In this document: positions 1 to 9,242 of the stretch, one piece after another
Layout of the letters: each line of letters opens with the position of its first letter
Position numbering within the stretch: position 1 is the stretch's first letter
DNA from: a virus
Taxonomy: Duplodnaviria > Heunggongvirae > Uroviricota > Caudoviricetes
Strand: one strand, 5' to 3'
DNA: 39,660 nt
IMG/VR virus record: IMGVR_UViG_3300032250_000070
Location: 64,001-103,660 of that record
Notes under the pieces: generated by a model
Databases searched by the model: none
Told to the model about the DNA's origin: nothing
Seen by the model: only the letters and a program-made list of their open reading frames with translations
Made by a program: the position numbers and the translations under genes

Positions 1-1191
1 TTCATTGTAAAACCTTGTATAATAACTATGATGAGTCAATGGATTATGTGCATCGTATATATAACAATCCACCATATTCTGGATGTCTACATCTACAGGG
101 TAGTGGCTAACAAGTATAATCTTTCTGCCTAATGGCTTTAGAGATAGGATGGTATCTTTGGTCCATTGGATTCTATCCTTAATGTTTGGATAGGTGCCCA
201 AGATGATACACTCTTCATCTAGTACATCTAGGTTTAGTTTTTTTATGATTTCAGTAGCATCACTACAAATATCCCCTGTTAAGTAAACCATGTTCTCTGC
301 ATCATTATACTTGTTACAATATACATCTAGGTTGTACATCACTTTGATCAAGTCATCATATTCCATAGCTTCCTTAATGGCAATAGGATTTAATTCCTTG
401 TTGCCTCTGTCTCCCTTAGATGGGAAGAAGAATACATCACAGGCTTCTAAGAACTCACTTACATCATTACGCTCTCCCCATACAACACAATTGTCTGGTT
501 TGTTAGCCATCAATGGTTCCCAATAGTTAGCAAAGTTACCTGCTTGGTTACCTAAGAAGTGAAACTTAACCTTGTGGTTCTTCAATCTTTCTGCTAGTTG
601 GAATGCATATGCTTGATTCTTTCTAGGTGTAAACAAACCCACAGTTACAAAGTGTTTATATTCAGGATCTAAGCCATACTCTTCTTGTCTTTCAATCTTG
701 TTTCTAACCTTCTTATCTATAGGATACTCAATCACTTCCATAGGTACATCTAAGTCTATGTATTGGAATGAGTTATAAGAGCTAACAAATATAAACTTGT
801 CAGGCATCCACCTCTTCCACTTAGGATTGAATGAACTATCATGTGTAGTCTCTGATATCTTCCAGGTTCTAGTCTTTGAATAGATAAATGCAGAAAGCTT
901 ATCGTCCATAAACATCTCTGGGAACTCTTCCATTACCACTACATCTGGATTAAACTGTTGCATAATTTGCACAAGTTCACCATATTTATCTTCTCCTAGA
1001 GAATGGAAGTTAACTCCTTCTGTAAGCATGTCAATAATCTTGTTTCTTTGCACAACAAACTCCCATGCTAGGAATGCATACTCTACCACCTTAACTTCAA
1101 AGTGATCCTTTAACAGCTCTACTTTATTTACTGTTACCTGTGGTGCTCCTCCTGTCGACAGGTGAGGAGTGATGATTAATAGTTTTTTCAT
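1..1191 (-). CDS. Multidomain glycosyltransferase, N-terminal GT-B (GT4-like) domain plus a second domain; runs off the window edge
   Basis: Not in the ORF track. Translated by hand from ATG at 1191: MKKLLIITPHLSTGGAPQV...VGLFTPRKNQ...FFFPSKGDRGNKELNPIAIKEAM (E-x7-E of retaining GT-B), then ECIILGTYPN...IILVSHYP. Open to position 1. Confidence 0.85.
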   Translation of the reverse strand, partial: MKKLLIITPHLSTGGAPQVTVNKVELLKDHFEVKVVEYAFLAWEFVVQRNKIIDMLTEGVNFHSLGEDKYGELVQIMQQFNPDVVVMEEFPEMFMDDKLSAFIYSKTRTWKISETTHDSSFNPKWKRWMPDKFIFVSSYNSFQYIDLDVPMEVIEYPIDKKVRNKIERQEEYGLDPEYKHFVTVGLFTPRKNQAYAFQLAERLKNHKVKFHFLGNQAGNFANYWEPLMANKPDNCVVWGERNDVSEFLEACDVFFFPSKGDRGNKELNPIAIKEAMEYDDLIKVMYNLDVYCNKYNDAENMVYLTGDICSDATEIIKKLNLDVLDEECIILGTYPNIKDRIQWTKDTILSLKPLGRKIILVSHYPVDVDIQNMVDCYIYDAHNPLTHHSYYTRFYNE

Positions 1192-1201
1192 ATGTTATTA
1201 A

Positions 1202-1843
1202 TTACATTGACATTAAAAAGTCAGGAGTTGTATAGTCTCTTTTAATTGTTTTATATCCTAGTCTACCTAAGAAGCTTACCGCTGTGTTTGTATTGTCCTC
1301 TAACCATATTAGAGGTTTGTCTCTTTGTATTAGCTTTATCATTCCTTCAAATGCAGACATCTCATGGCCCTCAATATCTATCTTGATAAACTTGACAGGT
1401 TCATCAAACCACACATCGTCCAGAGCTAAGACTATGTTCTTATGTGCTCCATTAGGTACAATCTTCACTACACCACTATTAGATTCATGTCCATTGTCAA
1501 ATGATACAATAGATGTTCTACTACCCACCCCTACATTCATTGCAGATACATCATTATATCTCTTTACATTTTGCTTAAGAAGAGAGTAGTTGTCTGGATG
1601 TGGTTCAAATGCTATAATCTTTAGGTGGGGAAAGTGGTGCTTGAATTGTACACAGTGCCCTCCTATGTTAGCTCCAATGTCTAACATCAGTCCACTAGAT
1701 GGGAAATGGTCCTTCCAGCTGTTAAATAAGTCAAATTCCCAGAAATCATTGTACTTAACTATGTCATCTGAGATACATTCAGGACCCTCAAATATAATCA
1801 TGGGGTTGTTGTGTATACTTACCAATCTAGTTTCTCGTTTCAT
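1202..1843 (-). CDS. FkbM-family SAM methyltransferase
   Basis: MLDIGANIGGH, AFEPHPDNY and FIKIDIEGHE motifs. Start moved to ATG 1843 (MKRETRLV), just downstream of a minus-strand promoter. Confidence 0.9.
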   Translation of the reverse strand: MKRETRLVSIHNNPMIIFEGPECISDDIVKYNDFWEFDLFNSWKDHFPSSGLMLDIGANIGGHCVQFKHHFPHLKIIAFEPHPDNYSLLKQNVKRYNDVSAMNVGVGSRTSIVSFDNGHESNSGVVKIVPNGAHKNIVLALDDVWFDEPVKFIKIDIEGHEMSAFEGMIKLIQRDKPLIWLEDNTNTAVSFLGRLGYKTIKRDYTTPDFLMSM

Positions 1844-1846
1844 TTG

Positions 1847-1877
1847 TTGGTTATTTACCACAAATATACTATCTTTG
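1847..1877 (+). promoter_or_regulatory. Bacteroidota sigma70-type promoter
   Basis: TTG (1847-1849), N20, TATCTTTG (1870-1877). Confidence 0.75.
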
Positions 1878-1891
1878 CCCAACACAACAAA
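1861..1891 (-). promoter_or_regulatory. Bacteroidota sigma70-type promoter, overlapping and divergent from the plus-strand one
   Basis: On minus: TTTG (1891-1888), N19, TATATTTG (1868-1861). Confidence 0.8.
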
Positions 1892-1901
1892 ACATTTTGA
1901 T

Positions 1902-2270
1902 ATGAAAATTGAAGTTTCTGTAGGAGAAGTAGTAGACAAATGGACTATACTTTCTATCAAAGCTCTGAACATTACAGACAAAGACAAACTAGTTAATGTA
2001 TTCAAGGAGAAAAACTACTTGAACAATACTATTCATCCTGAGATTTTACATGATCCATTAATAGATGATCTATTAGATGTAAACAAGATGCTTTGGAACG
2101 TAGAAGACAGACTTAGAAACTGTGAAAGAGAGAAGCTGTTTGATGAACATTTTGTACAATTAGCCAGATCTGTCTATATATTGAATGACAAACGAGCACA
2201 TATTAAAAAAGAAATTAATATTAAGTATGGCTCTGATTTTGTAGAGGAGAAGTCCTACCAGCCCTACTAA
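1902..2270 (+). CDS. DUF6165-like protein
   Basis: MKIEVSVGEVVDKWTILSIK...LWNVEDRLRNCE...LARSVYILNDKRAHIKKEIN...EEKSY resembles DUF6165. Start moved to ATG 1902, after the promoter. Confidence 0.8.
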   Translation: MKIEVSVGEVVDKWTILSIKALNITDKDKLVNVFKEKNYLNNTIHPEILHDPLIDDLLDVNKMLWNVEDRLRNCEREKLFDEHFVQLARSVYILNDKRAHIKKEINIKYGSDFVEEKSYQPY

Positions 2271-2276
2271 AAAATA

Positions 2277-2308
2277 TTTGGTAGTTTCAACTTTTTTACT
2301 TAGTTTTG
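2277..2308 (+). promoter_or_regulatory. Bacteroidota promoter upstream of the lysis cassette
   Basis: TTTG (2277-2280), N20, TAGTTTTG (2301-2308). Confidence 0.8.
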
Positions 2309-2353
2309 CAATGAACTAGAATTTAATCTAAATAGGTCGTCCTGACCATGTTG

Positions 2354-2379
2354 TACACCCATGTCCTGGGTGTATTTTT
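2354..2379 (+). terminator. Intrinsic terminator-like hairpin in the 5' leader of the lysis operon
   Basis: TACACCCA-tgtcc-TGGGTGTA (8-bp stem) followed by TTTTT. Confidence 0.65.
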
Positions 2380-2397
2380 ATTTAACAACATATTGCA

Positions 2398-2700
2398 ATG
2401 ACAAGAGAAACCCAAGCTGTTTCAGCAATTAAGGTGTGGATATTTCCTACACTAGTATCATTAGTAAGTTTACTCATTTGGAATGATGTAAACGAAATCA
2501 AGGCTGATGTCAAAGCCCTAATGGCTCAGTCTAATATAGACAAGACACGTATAGATAATCTAGAAAGAATCATTTATAAGAGAACAAGTTCCCTACCTTT
2601 TGATGGACCTACCAGAGATGTAGTGTTTGAAAGCTTTGCTATCCTGCCTAATAATAGAACAACAATTAAAAACAAACAAAATGAAGAAATTCTTTTCTGA
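2398..2700 (+). CDS. Membrane protein, one TM segment plus coiled coil (lysis-associated candidate)
   Basis: Hydrophobic VWIFPTLVSLVSLLIW followed by heptad-like NEIKADVKALMAQ. Confidence 0.65.
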   Translation: MTRETQAVSAIKVWIFPTLVSLVSLLIWNDVNEIKADVKALMAQSNIDKTRIDNLERIIYKRTSSLPFDGPTRDVVFESFAILPNNRTTIKNKQNEEILF

Positions 2701-2932
2701 CCTATTTAATGACAGCAACTCAATTAATGAGAAGGCTATAATAGGGTTTGCAGCATTTGTTATGATGGTCATCTTTGCTATAGCAGACATTATTACAGGG
2801 GCTATGAACCAACCATTGTTAGTTAATGAGTTCATATTTGACTCATTCAAAATACTAACAATAGCTTGTTTTGGTATTGCTTCTGTAGACAAGTGGATAA
2901 ACAAAAAAAATCAAACTGAAGATAATGAATAA
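2681..2932 (+). CDS. Holin-like membrane protein (two TM segments)
   Basis: Start ATG 2681 (MKKFFSDLF). Hydrophobic AIIGFAAFVMMVIFAIADIITG and ILTIACFGIASV, charged C-terminus, upstream of the endolysin. Confidence 0.6.
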   Translation: MKKFFSDLFNDSNSINEKAIIGFAAFVMMVIFAIADIITGAMNQPLLVNEFIFDSFKILTIACFGIASVDKWINKKNQTEDNE

Positions 2933-3524
2933 AGTTTTAATAGTTATTGTAGTTGTTTTAATATTTATAGTGACAGCTCAAAATAGTGCATATTTAAAAG
3001 CTGATTTAAAAGCTGATACTGTAACATTACATGATACAGCCTGGATAATACATGACTCATTGATTATCAAGAAGTTAAAGATTAAGGAGGTGATTCATGA
3101 CACTCTTCCTCCAGAATATATAGCAGACACAAACTATCCTAAGCTCAAAGCACAATATGAAGCATTGGTATCAGCGTTCTTAGTTAAGAACATCTACACT
3201 GATACATTAAAGCTAGACACCTTAGGTTATGTAGCTGTAGATGATACAGTGTATAAGAATGAAATACATAACAGATCTTATAAATATAACTATAAGATAC
3301 CAACAATTACTGTGACAACTACCATTACTAAGCAGGCTCCTCCTAAGGGAGCTCTATTTATTGGTGGGGGTGTGGATGGTAATAAGGCAGGGGGTGTTAC
3401 AAACGTAAATCTTGGAATGCTCTTTAAAACTAAGAGTGATAAGATATATGGTTTAAAGGTTGGTTCTAATGTTGAAGGTCAGATAAACTATGGTTTTCAG
3501 GCATTTTGGAAACTGAAAAATTAA
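2925..3524 (+). CDS. Signal-anchored envelope protein with beta-rich C-terminus (lysis accessory candidate)
   Basis: N-terminal VLIVIVVVLIFIV, DT/DS-hydrophobic repeats, C-terminal alternating strands ending YGFQAFWKLKN. Confidence 0.65.
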   Translation: MNKVLIVIVVVLIFIVTAQNSAYLKADLKADTVTLHDTAWIIHDSLIIKKLKIKEVIHDTLPPEYIADTNYPKLKAQYEALVSAFLVKNIYTDTLKLDTLGYVAVDDTVYKNEIHNRSYKYNYKIPTITVTTTITKQAPPKGALFIGGGVDGNKAGGVTNVNLGMLFKTKSDKIYGLKVGSNVEGQINYGFQAFWKLKN

Positions 3525-3530
3525 ACTAAA

Positions 3531-3689
3531 ATGGAACAGACATTAAGCTTCATATCAGTAAATGCACTATGTATGGTGGCTATGTTTGTAATTGATTCTC
3601 AATTGATATTTTTAATATTTTTCATTGGAGGTTGTAGTTATTTAGTAATAAGAGGTAAAGAGAAGGGATGGTCTTGGGATAAGCCATAG
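3531..3689 (+). CDS. Small membrane protein, 52 aa
   Basis: Not in the track. MEQTLSFISVNALCMVAMFVIDSQLIFLIFFIGGCSYLVIRGKEKGWSWDKP fills the gap, with an A-rich start context. Confidence 0.6.
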   Translation: MEQTLSFISVNALCMVAMFVIDSQLIFLIFFIGGCSYLVIRGKEKGWSWDKP

Positions 3690-3709
3690 ATTAAAAAGAA
3701 GAAAACAAC

Positions 3710-4315
3710 ATGAACATTAATAACTTAAAAGGACATATTCCTGATGGAGTGATTGCTCAGATCCCTGCTGTGCAGGAGAAGTTTGACATCAACACACCAT
3801 TAAGACTAGCTCATTTCTTGGCTCAATGTGGTCATGAATCAGGTGGTTTTAAAGTTGTAAATGAGAACTTAAACTATAGTGCTGCTGGTTTACAGAGCAT
3901 CTTTAAGAAGTATTTCACAGCTGAGAGTGCTAAGGAGTACCAACGTAAGCCTGAAAAGATTGCTAACATTGTCTATGCTAATCGTATGGGTAATGGTCCT
4001 CAGGCTAGTGGAGAAGGCTGGAAATACAGAGGACGTGGATATATTCAGTTAACTGGCAAGGATAACTACACTGCTTTTGATAAGACAGTAGAGGATGACA
4101 TCCTAGCAAACCCAGACCTTGTAGCTACAAAGTACCCACTTTTATCTGCTGCTTGGTTCTTCCATAAGAATGGATTACATAAGATTGCTGATGAGGGAGC
4201 TACAGATGCTGTGGTAACCAAGGTGACTAAGCGTGTGAATGGTGGTACAATTGGTCTTGCTGATCGTATTCTTCACTTTAAAGAATACAATAACCTATTA
4301 AAAACAAGTGCATAA
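3710..4315 (+). CDS. Glycoside hydrolase family 19 endolysin
   Basis: AHFLAQCGHESGG, ENLNYS, YRGRGYIQLTGKDNY, SAAWFF and VNGGTIGLADR motifs. Confidence 0.95.
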   Translation: MNINNLKGHIPDGVIAQIPAVQEKFDINTPLRLAHFLAQCGHESGGFKVVNENLNYSAAGLQSIFKKYFTAESAKEYQRKPEKIANIVYANRMGNGPQASGEGWKYRGRGYIQLTGKDNYTAFDKTVEDDILANPDLVATKYPLLSAAWFFHKNGLHKIADEGATDAVVTKVTKRVNGGTIGLADRILHFKEYNNLLKTSA

Positions 4316-4704
4316 TGACACAGGAAGAAAGAAATGAGAAGATATCTGAACAGATGGCAGCTGATAAAAGTAAGTCAGGACTAGTTGAGAAGTTGGTTTT
4401 TACTCTTTTACCTATCTGTGTATCAGCTATTGGATGGTTACTTACAGAAGTGAGTACATTAGAGAATCAAGTGACTGTGTTAAATAACAAGGTGGCTGTT
4501 GTAGTGAATGCTGAGAATAAAGCTATACCTCCACAGGGTACCACTATTGAATTAGAACAATTAAGAGCTGCAGCTATGCAAGCTAGGGGTGATATGAAAA
4601 TGGAGATCTCTGAGAAGATGACAGCAGTTCAAATCGATGCTATGCAGGAAAGAGCTGACATTAAGGCAAGACTAAGTGTATTAGAATCAAAAATAAAACA
4701 TTAA
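4315..4704 (+). CDS. Membrane-anchored coiled-coil protein
   Basis: TM-like LVFTLLPICVSAIGWLL, then heptads. TAATG coupling to the endolysin. Confidence 0.65.
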   Translation: MTQEERNEKISEQMAADKSKSGLVEKLVFTLLPICVSAIGWLLTEVSTLENQVTVLNNKVAVVVNAENKAIPPQGTTIELEQLRAAAMQARGDMKMEISEKMTAVQIDAMQERADIKARLSVLESKIKH

Positions 4705-4714
4705 ATAAACCAAC

Positions 4715-4843
4715 ATGGCAAAAGCAAAAGGAGCATCAAATGCTAAGAAAATTACCTTTGGAAAACGCAAAGGGGGTAAGGCACAAAAGTTTAAAGGTCC
4801 TAAGGACAAAGCAACTAAGCCTTACAACAGACAGGGAAGATAA
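4715..4843 (+). CDS. Small basic protein, 42 aa
   Basis: Not in the track. MAKAKGASNAKKITFGKRKGGKAQKFKGPKDKATKPYNRQGR; aacATGGC start context as in neighbouring genes. Confidence 0.7.
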   Translation: MAKAKGASNAKKITFGKRKGGKAQKFKGPKDKATKPYNRQGR

Positions 4844-4902
4844 TAACTAAAAAAGTTAAAACACTTATAACTAAATTTGTTATTGTAAATTATTGATACT
4901 CA

Positions 4903-4932
4903 TTGTTAGTAGTGAAAGTTATCATATCTTTG
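4903..4932 (+). promoter_or_regulatory. Bacteroidota promoter upstream of the fibre/structural genes
   Basis: TTG (4903-4905), N19, TATCTTTG (4925-4932). Confidence 0.7.
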
Positions 4933-4948
4933 AACATTATTTTAAATT

Positions 4949-6268
4949 ATGCCCACTTTTATAAAACCAGGATTTTGGAGAGAGCTTTGTAACCCATGTG
5001 ATGGGTACGAAGGTTGGTTAAATCTAACTGATTTAATTAATGAAGGTGCAGCTGGAACAGCTGGTACCTCTGGCACCAGTGGTGCTAAAGGTGATCAAGG
5101 AATACAAGGTGTACAAGGTGTACAAGGAATCCAAGGCATTCAAGGACCTCAAGGTATAGGTGGTTCATCTGGAACTGCTGGTACATCTGGTGTCAATGGT
5201 GTTGCTGGAGATAAGTATCAAACAACATCTTCTACAACATTTACATTAGGTACTGGTGGCACAATCACTGTAGGTACAGGACTAGCATATACAGTGGCTC
5301 AAGATATATTGATAGCCTATGATGTTAATAATCATCAGGTTTCAATGGTTACGTCATACAATCCTGCTACAGGAGCGTTGGTATTTGGTACTCCTTCTGA
5401 AACTACAGGATCAGGCACATATAGCTTATGGAGTGTAAACCTTAATGGAGCAGCAGGTGGAGATGGTACTTCTGGTACATCAGGACTTTCTGGTTCTTCT
5501 GGAAGCAATGGTGCACAAGGTATCCAAGGTATACAGGGTATACAGGGTGTACAAGGTGAACAGGGTGCACAAGGTTTAGCAGGTACCAGTGGAACAAGTG
5601 GTAGCTCAGGAACATCTGGTGTTAGTGGCACTAGTGGTACGAATGGTAGCTCAGGAACAGCAGCAACAGCAGGAACAAGTGGTAACACAGGAACTTCAGG
5701 TTTAACTGGAACTAGTGGAACATCAGGAACTTCTCCTGTACTTCCTTTACCTGTAGTGTTTGGATTATATTCTCAAACAGCTAACAGTGCTATTGTTACT
5801 AATACAACAACTGAATCAACAATTATTGGTCCTGGTGTTGGTACATTAAGTGTACCTGCTAATGGATTTGCTGTTGGTGATTCCTTTAGAGCAGTTTTTG
5901 GTGGTGTTGTGAATGCTAATAATAATGAAACTATTAGAATTAGAATGAGAACAGGATCTGTTGTTCTTCTAGATAGTGGCATTCAAAACCTTGGAAGTGC
6001 TATTATAGATGATGTGTGGAGTCTAAATGTTGATTTTACAATTAGACAAATTGGAACTGCTGGTGTAGCATCTATTGTATCATTAGGATCATTCCATTAC
6101 ACAAAGACTAACAATGCCTCTATTCAAGGATTTGGATTTAATGTAATAAATAGTACAACATTCAATACAACAATTAACAATACATTAGATGTTACAGTTC
6201 AATGGGGAACTGCTAGCACAGGAAACAATATATATAGCGACATTTTTATATTAAATAAAACATATTAA
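4949..6268 (+). CDS. Collagen-like fibre/decoration protein
   Basis: G-x-Q runs ([13 protein letters not shown]) flanked by G-T-S runs, in two blocks separated by a small beta domain; C-terminal globular beta domain. Confidence 0.8.
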   Translation: MPTFIKPGFWRELCNPCDGYEGWLNLTDLINEGAAGTAGTSGTSGAKGDQGIQGVQGVQGIQGIQGPQGIGGSSGTAGTSGVNGVAGDKYQTTSSTTFTLGTGGTITVGTGLAYTVAQDILIAYDVNNHQVSMVTSYNPATGALVFGTPSETTGSGTYSLWSVNLNGAAGGDGTSGTSGLSGSSGSNGAQGIQGIQGIQGVQGEQGAQGLAGTSGTSGSSGTSGVSGTSGTNGSSGTAATAGTSGNTGTSGLTGTSGTSGTSPVLPLPVVFGLYSQTANSAIVTNTTTESTIIGPGVGTLSVPANGFAVGDSFRAVFGGVVNANNNETIRIRMRTGSVVLLDSGIQNLGSAIIDDVWSLNVDFTIRQIGTAGVASIVSLGSFHYTKTNNASIQGFGFNVINSTTFNTTINNTLDVTVQWGTASTGNNIYSDIFILNKTY

Positions 6269-6272
6269 TAAC

Positions 6273-7481
6273 ATGGCAATACCTTCTAGACAAATAGGCT
6301 GGGGCACTACAGACAACCTATTATGGCAAATATCCAAGCAAATGGAAACATTAACTAAAGTTACATACAATTCTGGTGGTGGTGGAGGTGGAATAACCTC
6401 TATTGGTTTAAGTATGCCACCAGCATATAGTGTTCCTAATTCTCCTTTAATATCAAATGGCACACTTAATGTTGTTGCTAATGGTGTTGCAAGTCAATAC
6501 GTTAGAGGTGATGGAACGCTTGCAGATTTCCCAAACATAGGTGGAGGAGGTGGTCAAGTATTCTTCTTTAATGGTGGTACATCACAAGGTGTAATAGGTG
6601 GAAACACATATTATGAATTAGGTGAAACTGCTGCCACTGGTCCTAGTGCAGATTTTTCAGTGACTGGAGATGGTTTTTTAGCTAGATTCATCACTGATGT
6701 AAATAGTCCAAACGAGACGTTAATACCAAGTGGTAATTGGAATTTTAGAATGTATTTTAGTGCATCCTCTGCTGGTGGATCACCAACTATTATAGCTACA
6801 ATACAAAAATATGATGGGGCAACATTTACTACGATTGCAACATCCACTGGGGAGGTAATCACTGGTGGAACATCAGAAGATTTGTATAATTTTTCTGCCT
6901 CTTTTGCAGATACAGCCTTAGCTTCTACAGATAGAATTGCAATAACATTTACATTATCTAATTCTGATGGAAGAACTGTTACGTTATATACAGAAGGTTC
7001 TAATATATCTGAGGTGGTAACAACATTTTCAACTGGTATAAGCTCACTTAATGGCTTAACTGCTACTTCTCAAAACTTTGCAACAGGTGTTACTGGCACT
7101 GATTTTAATATTGTATCAAGTGAAGACACTCATACATTTAATATACCTACAGCATCAGCCACCGCAAGAGGGGTTATAACAAGTGCAATGTATAATACAA
7201 TTACATATAATGTAATTACCACTACAATAAACTACTTGGCTTTACAAAATGACTCTGTTATTTTAGCAGATGCAACTGGAGGAGCTATAACAATCACTTT
7301 ACCTAGTGCTATTGGAGCATATAAACCAGTGACAGTAAAAAGAATCAACGCTGGTGCAAATGCTGTGAATATTAACACTGTATCAAGTCAAACCTTTGAT
7401 GGTTCTACAACTGGAAGTCTTAATGTTCAAAACCAATCATTAACATTTGCTTCAAATGGTGCGAATTGGTTTATAGTATAA
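6273..7481 (+). CDS. Putative tail fibre/virion structural protein
   Basis: Gly linkers separating beta-rich Thr/Ser domains. C-terminal ILADATGGAITITLPSA...VTVKRIN...FDG...LTFASNGANWFIV resembles phage fibre tip domains. Confidence 0.6.
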   Translation: MAIPSRQIGWGTTDNLLWQISKQMETLTKVTYNSGGGGGGITSIGLSMPPAYSVPNSPLISNGTLNVVANGVASQYVRGDGTLADFPNIGGGGGQVFFFNGGTSQGVIGGNTYYELGETAATGPSADFSVTGDGFLARFITDVNSPNETLIPSGNWNFRMYFSASSAGGSPTIIATIQKYDGATFTTIATSTGEVITGGTSEDLYNFSASFADTALASTDRIAITFTLSNSDGRTVTLYTEGSNISEVVTTFSTGISSLNGLTATSQNFATGVTGTDFNIVSSEDTHTFNIPTASATARGVITSAMYNTITYNVITTTINYLALQNDSVILADATGGAITITLPSAIGAYKPVTVKRINAGANAVNINTVSSQTFDGSTTGSLNVQNQSLTFASNGANWFIV

Positions 7482-7510
7482 ACAATAAAAAACAATAAAA
7501 ATAATAAAAG

Positions 7511-8860
7511 ATGGCTTATAATCCTCAAAATCCAAATGGTCAAGCGACCTCAGCAAACAGTAGTCCAGTTGTTATAGCAAGTAACCAAAGTGCTGTACCA
7601 GTAAGTGGAACTGTAGCTGTATCAGGTACAACAGCAGTGAGTGGTACAGTAACTGCAAACGCAGGAACTAACTTAAACACTTCTGCCTTAGCACTAGAAA
7701 ATGGTAATATATCTAGTATTAATACAAAAACACCAGCGTTAGGTTCTGCAGCAACATCTGCAAGTACACCAATGGTTCAAGCTATTGACACAGCAAGTGG
7801 TGGTATTAGCGTTCTAAACTTAAATCAAACTGGAACAGCAACAAATAATAGTGCTGTAGAAATTGTTGTTAACAGTGCTAGTTCAGTAACAATAGGGGTG
7901 AGTGGAACATTTGTTGCCACTTTATCTGTACAAGTGAGTACAGATGGAACAAACTGGACCACTCTTACATATAATTCACTTATAAACGTTGTTAATGGTG
8001 GTGCCCAAGCTAACATTACTGCTCCTGGTGTGTATACACTTCAAACAGCTGGATGGTTAAGAATGAGAATCACTTCTTCAGCATATACATCTGGTACTGC
8101 TACAATATCATTAAGAGCCGTTGTTGCTCCTTCTATTGTTGCAATCAATAGCCCATTACCATCTGGAACTAACGCAATAGGTAGTACTGCTTTAAACCAA
8201 ACAAATCTTGTTAATGATGTAGCATCATCAGCTATTACAGGCACTACAACAACATCAGCATTCACTCCAACTACTGGAGTTGCTTATTCTGTTAGTATTC
8301 CAGTTACCGCATCTAGTGGAACTTTTATAGGATTAGATGTTAATATTGAAGAATCAGATGATAATGGTAATAACTGGTTTGTTGTATATTCATTTCCTAG
8401 AATCACTGCTAATGGTACATACCGTTCTCCAATGCTAACTTTAAGAGGTAATAGAATAAGATATGTACAAACAGTTTCAGGTACTTCTCCTTCATTTACA
8501 AGATCAATTAATAGACTTCAGTCAAATGCAATTCCTCAAAATCCAATTACACAATTGATTGATAGAAGTATAAATTTAACAACACTTAATAGCACAACTC
8601 CAATTCTAAACGTTCAAAATTCTACAAATCTTCAAGTGGCCGTATATATTAATACAGCTACCACTGCTCCTAGACTTATGTTTGAGGGTAGTAATGATAA
8701 TGGAGCGACTTGGTTTGACATTACAGGAGTAATTACTATTGCTGGTGTAACTATACTTGAAAATACAGCAAATACTAACGTACAATTAGTAAGGGCAAGA
8801 AATACTCAAAATGGTTCAAACGTTGGATCAGGTTATTATGTAATACTGAAAGGATTTTAA
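7511..8860 (+). CDS. Putative virion structural protein with three repeated beta-sandwich domains
   Basis: Repeated [QEG]-x-S-x-D-x-G-x-x-W units (VQVSTDGTNW, IEESDDNGNNW, FEGSNDNGATW), each followed by an RxR strand. Confidence 0.6.
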   Translation: MAYNPQNPNGQATSANSSPVVIASNQSAVPVSGTVAVSGTTAVSGTVTANAGTNLNTSALALENGNISSINTKTPALGSAATSASTPMVQAIDTASGGISVLNLNQTGTATNNSAVEIVVNSASSVTIGVSGTFVATLSVQVSTDGTNWTTLTYNSLINVVNGGAQANITAPGVYTLQTAGWLRMRITSSAYTSGTATISLRAVVAPSIVAINSPLPSGTNAIGSTALNQTNLVNDVASSAITGTTTTSAFTPTTGVAYSVSIPVTASSGTFIGLDVNIEESDDNGNNWFVVYSFPRITANGTYRSPMLTLRGNRIRYVQTVSGTSPSFTRSINRLQSNAIPQNPITQLIDRSINLTTLNSTTPILNVQNSTNLQVAVYINTATTAPRLMFEGSNDNGATWFDITGVITIAGVTILENTANTNVQLVRARNTQNGSNVGSGYYVILKGF

Positions 8861-8869
8861 TAAAAATAT

Positions 8870-9241
8870 ATGAGTCTAACTGCTTACGTAAGATATGACA
8901 ATAGGGGAAGGCTTGTTCCAGGCGGACCAATAGTCACCTCAGTTAAGCCCAAGGTGGGTGACTGGGTAGCTATTAGTGATGTGCTTGTTACAAATACTGC
9001 TCCAAACTACAAACTACGTGCGTTTGTTAGATATATAAATAATATAGGTCGTCAAAGCAAAGATAACAAATATGTAGCTGGTAGCTTGATCCTTCAACAC
9101 AATGAACCCCAAGATGGTAATTGGAAAGAGATTTACTTCATAAAACCTTGTGACTCTTGTAACCCCACTGGTGATTTTATATTAGCAGAGAACGGTGACC
9201 CCATCATAACAGAAAACAATAACAATTTAATTGTAGAATAA
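8870..9241 (+). CDS. Small structural/adaptor protein with two copies of the AYVRYD...KPKVGxW module
   Basis: LTAYVRYDNRGRLV..KPKVGDW and LRAFVRY..GSLILQHNEPQDGNWKEI; acidic tail DFILAENGDPIITENNNNLIVE. Confidence 0.7.
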   Translation: MSLTAYVRYDNRGRLVPGGPIVTSVKPKVGDWVAISDVLVTNTAPNYKLRAFVRYINNIGRQSKDNKYVAGSLILQHNEPQDGNWKEIYFIKPCDSCNPTGDFILAENGDPIITENNNNLIVE

Positions 9242-9242
9242 C

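Noticed and set aside
290-2005. Track ORFs 290-526 and 1284-1589, and the long N-terminal extensions of 1590-2270 and 1202-2005
   Set aside because: They are antisense to real genes; the divergent promoters at 1847-1891 fix the starts at 1843 and 1902.
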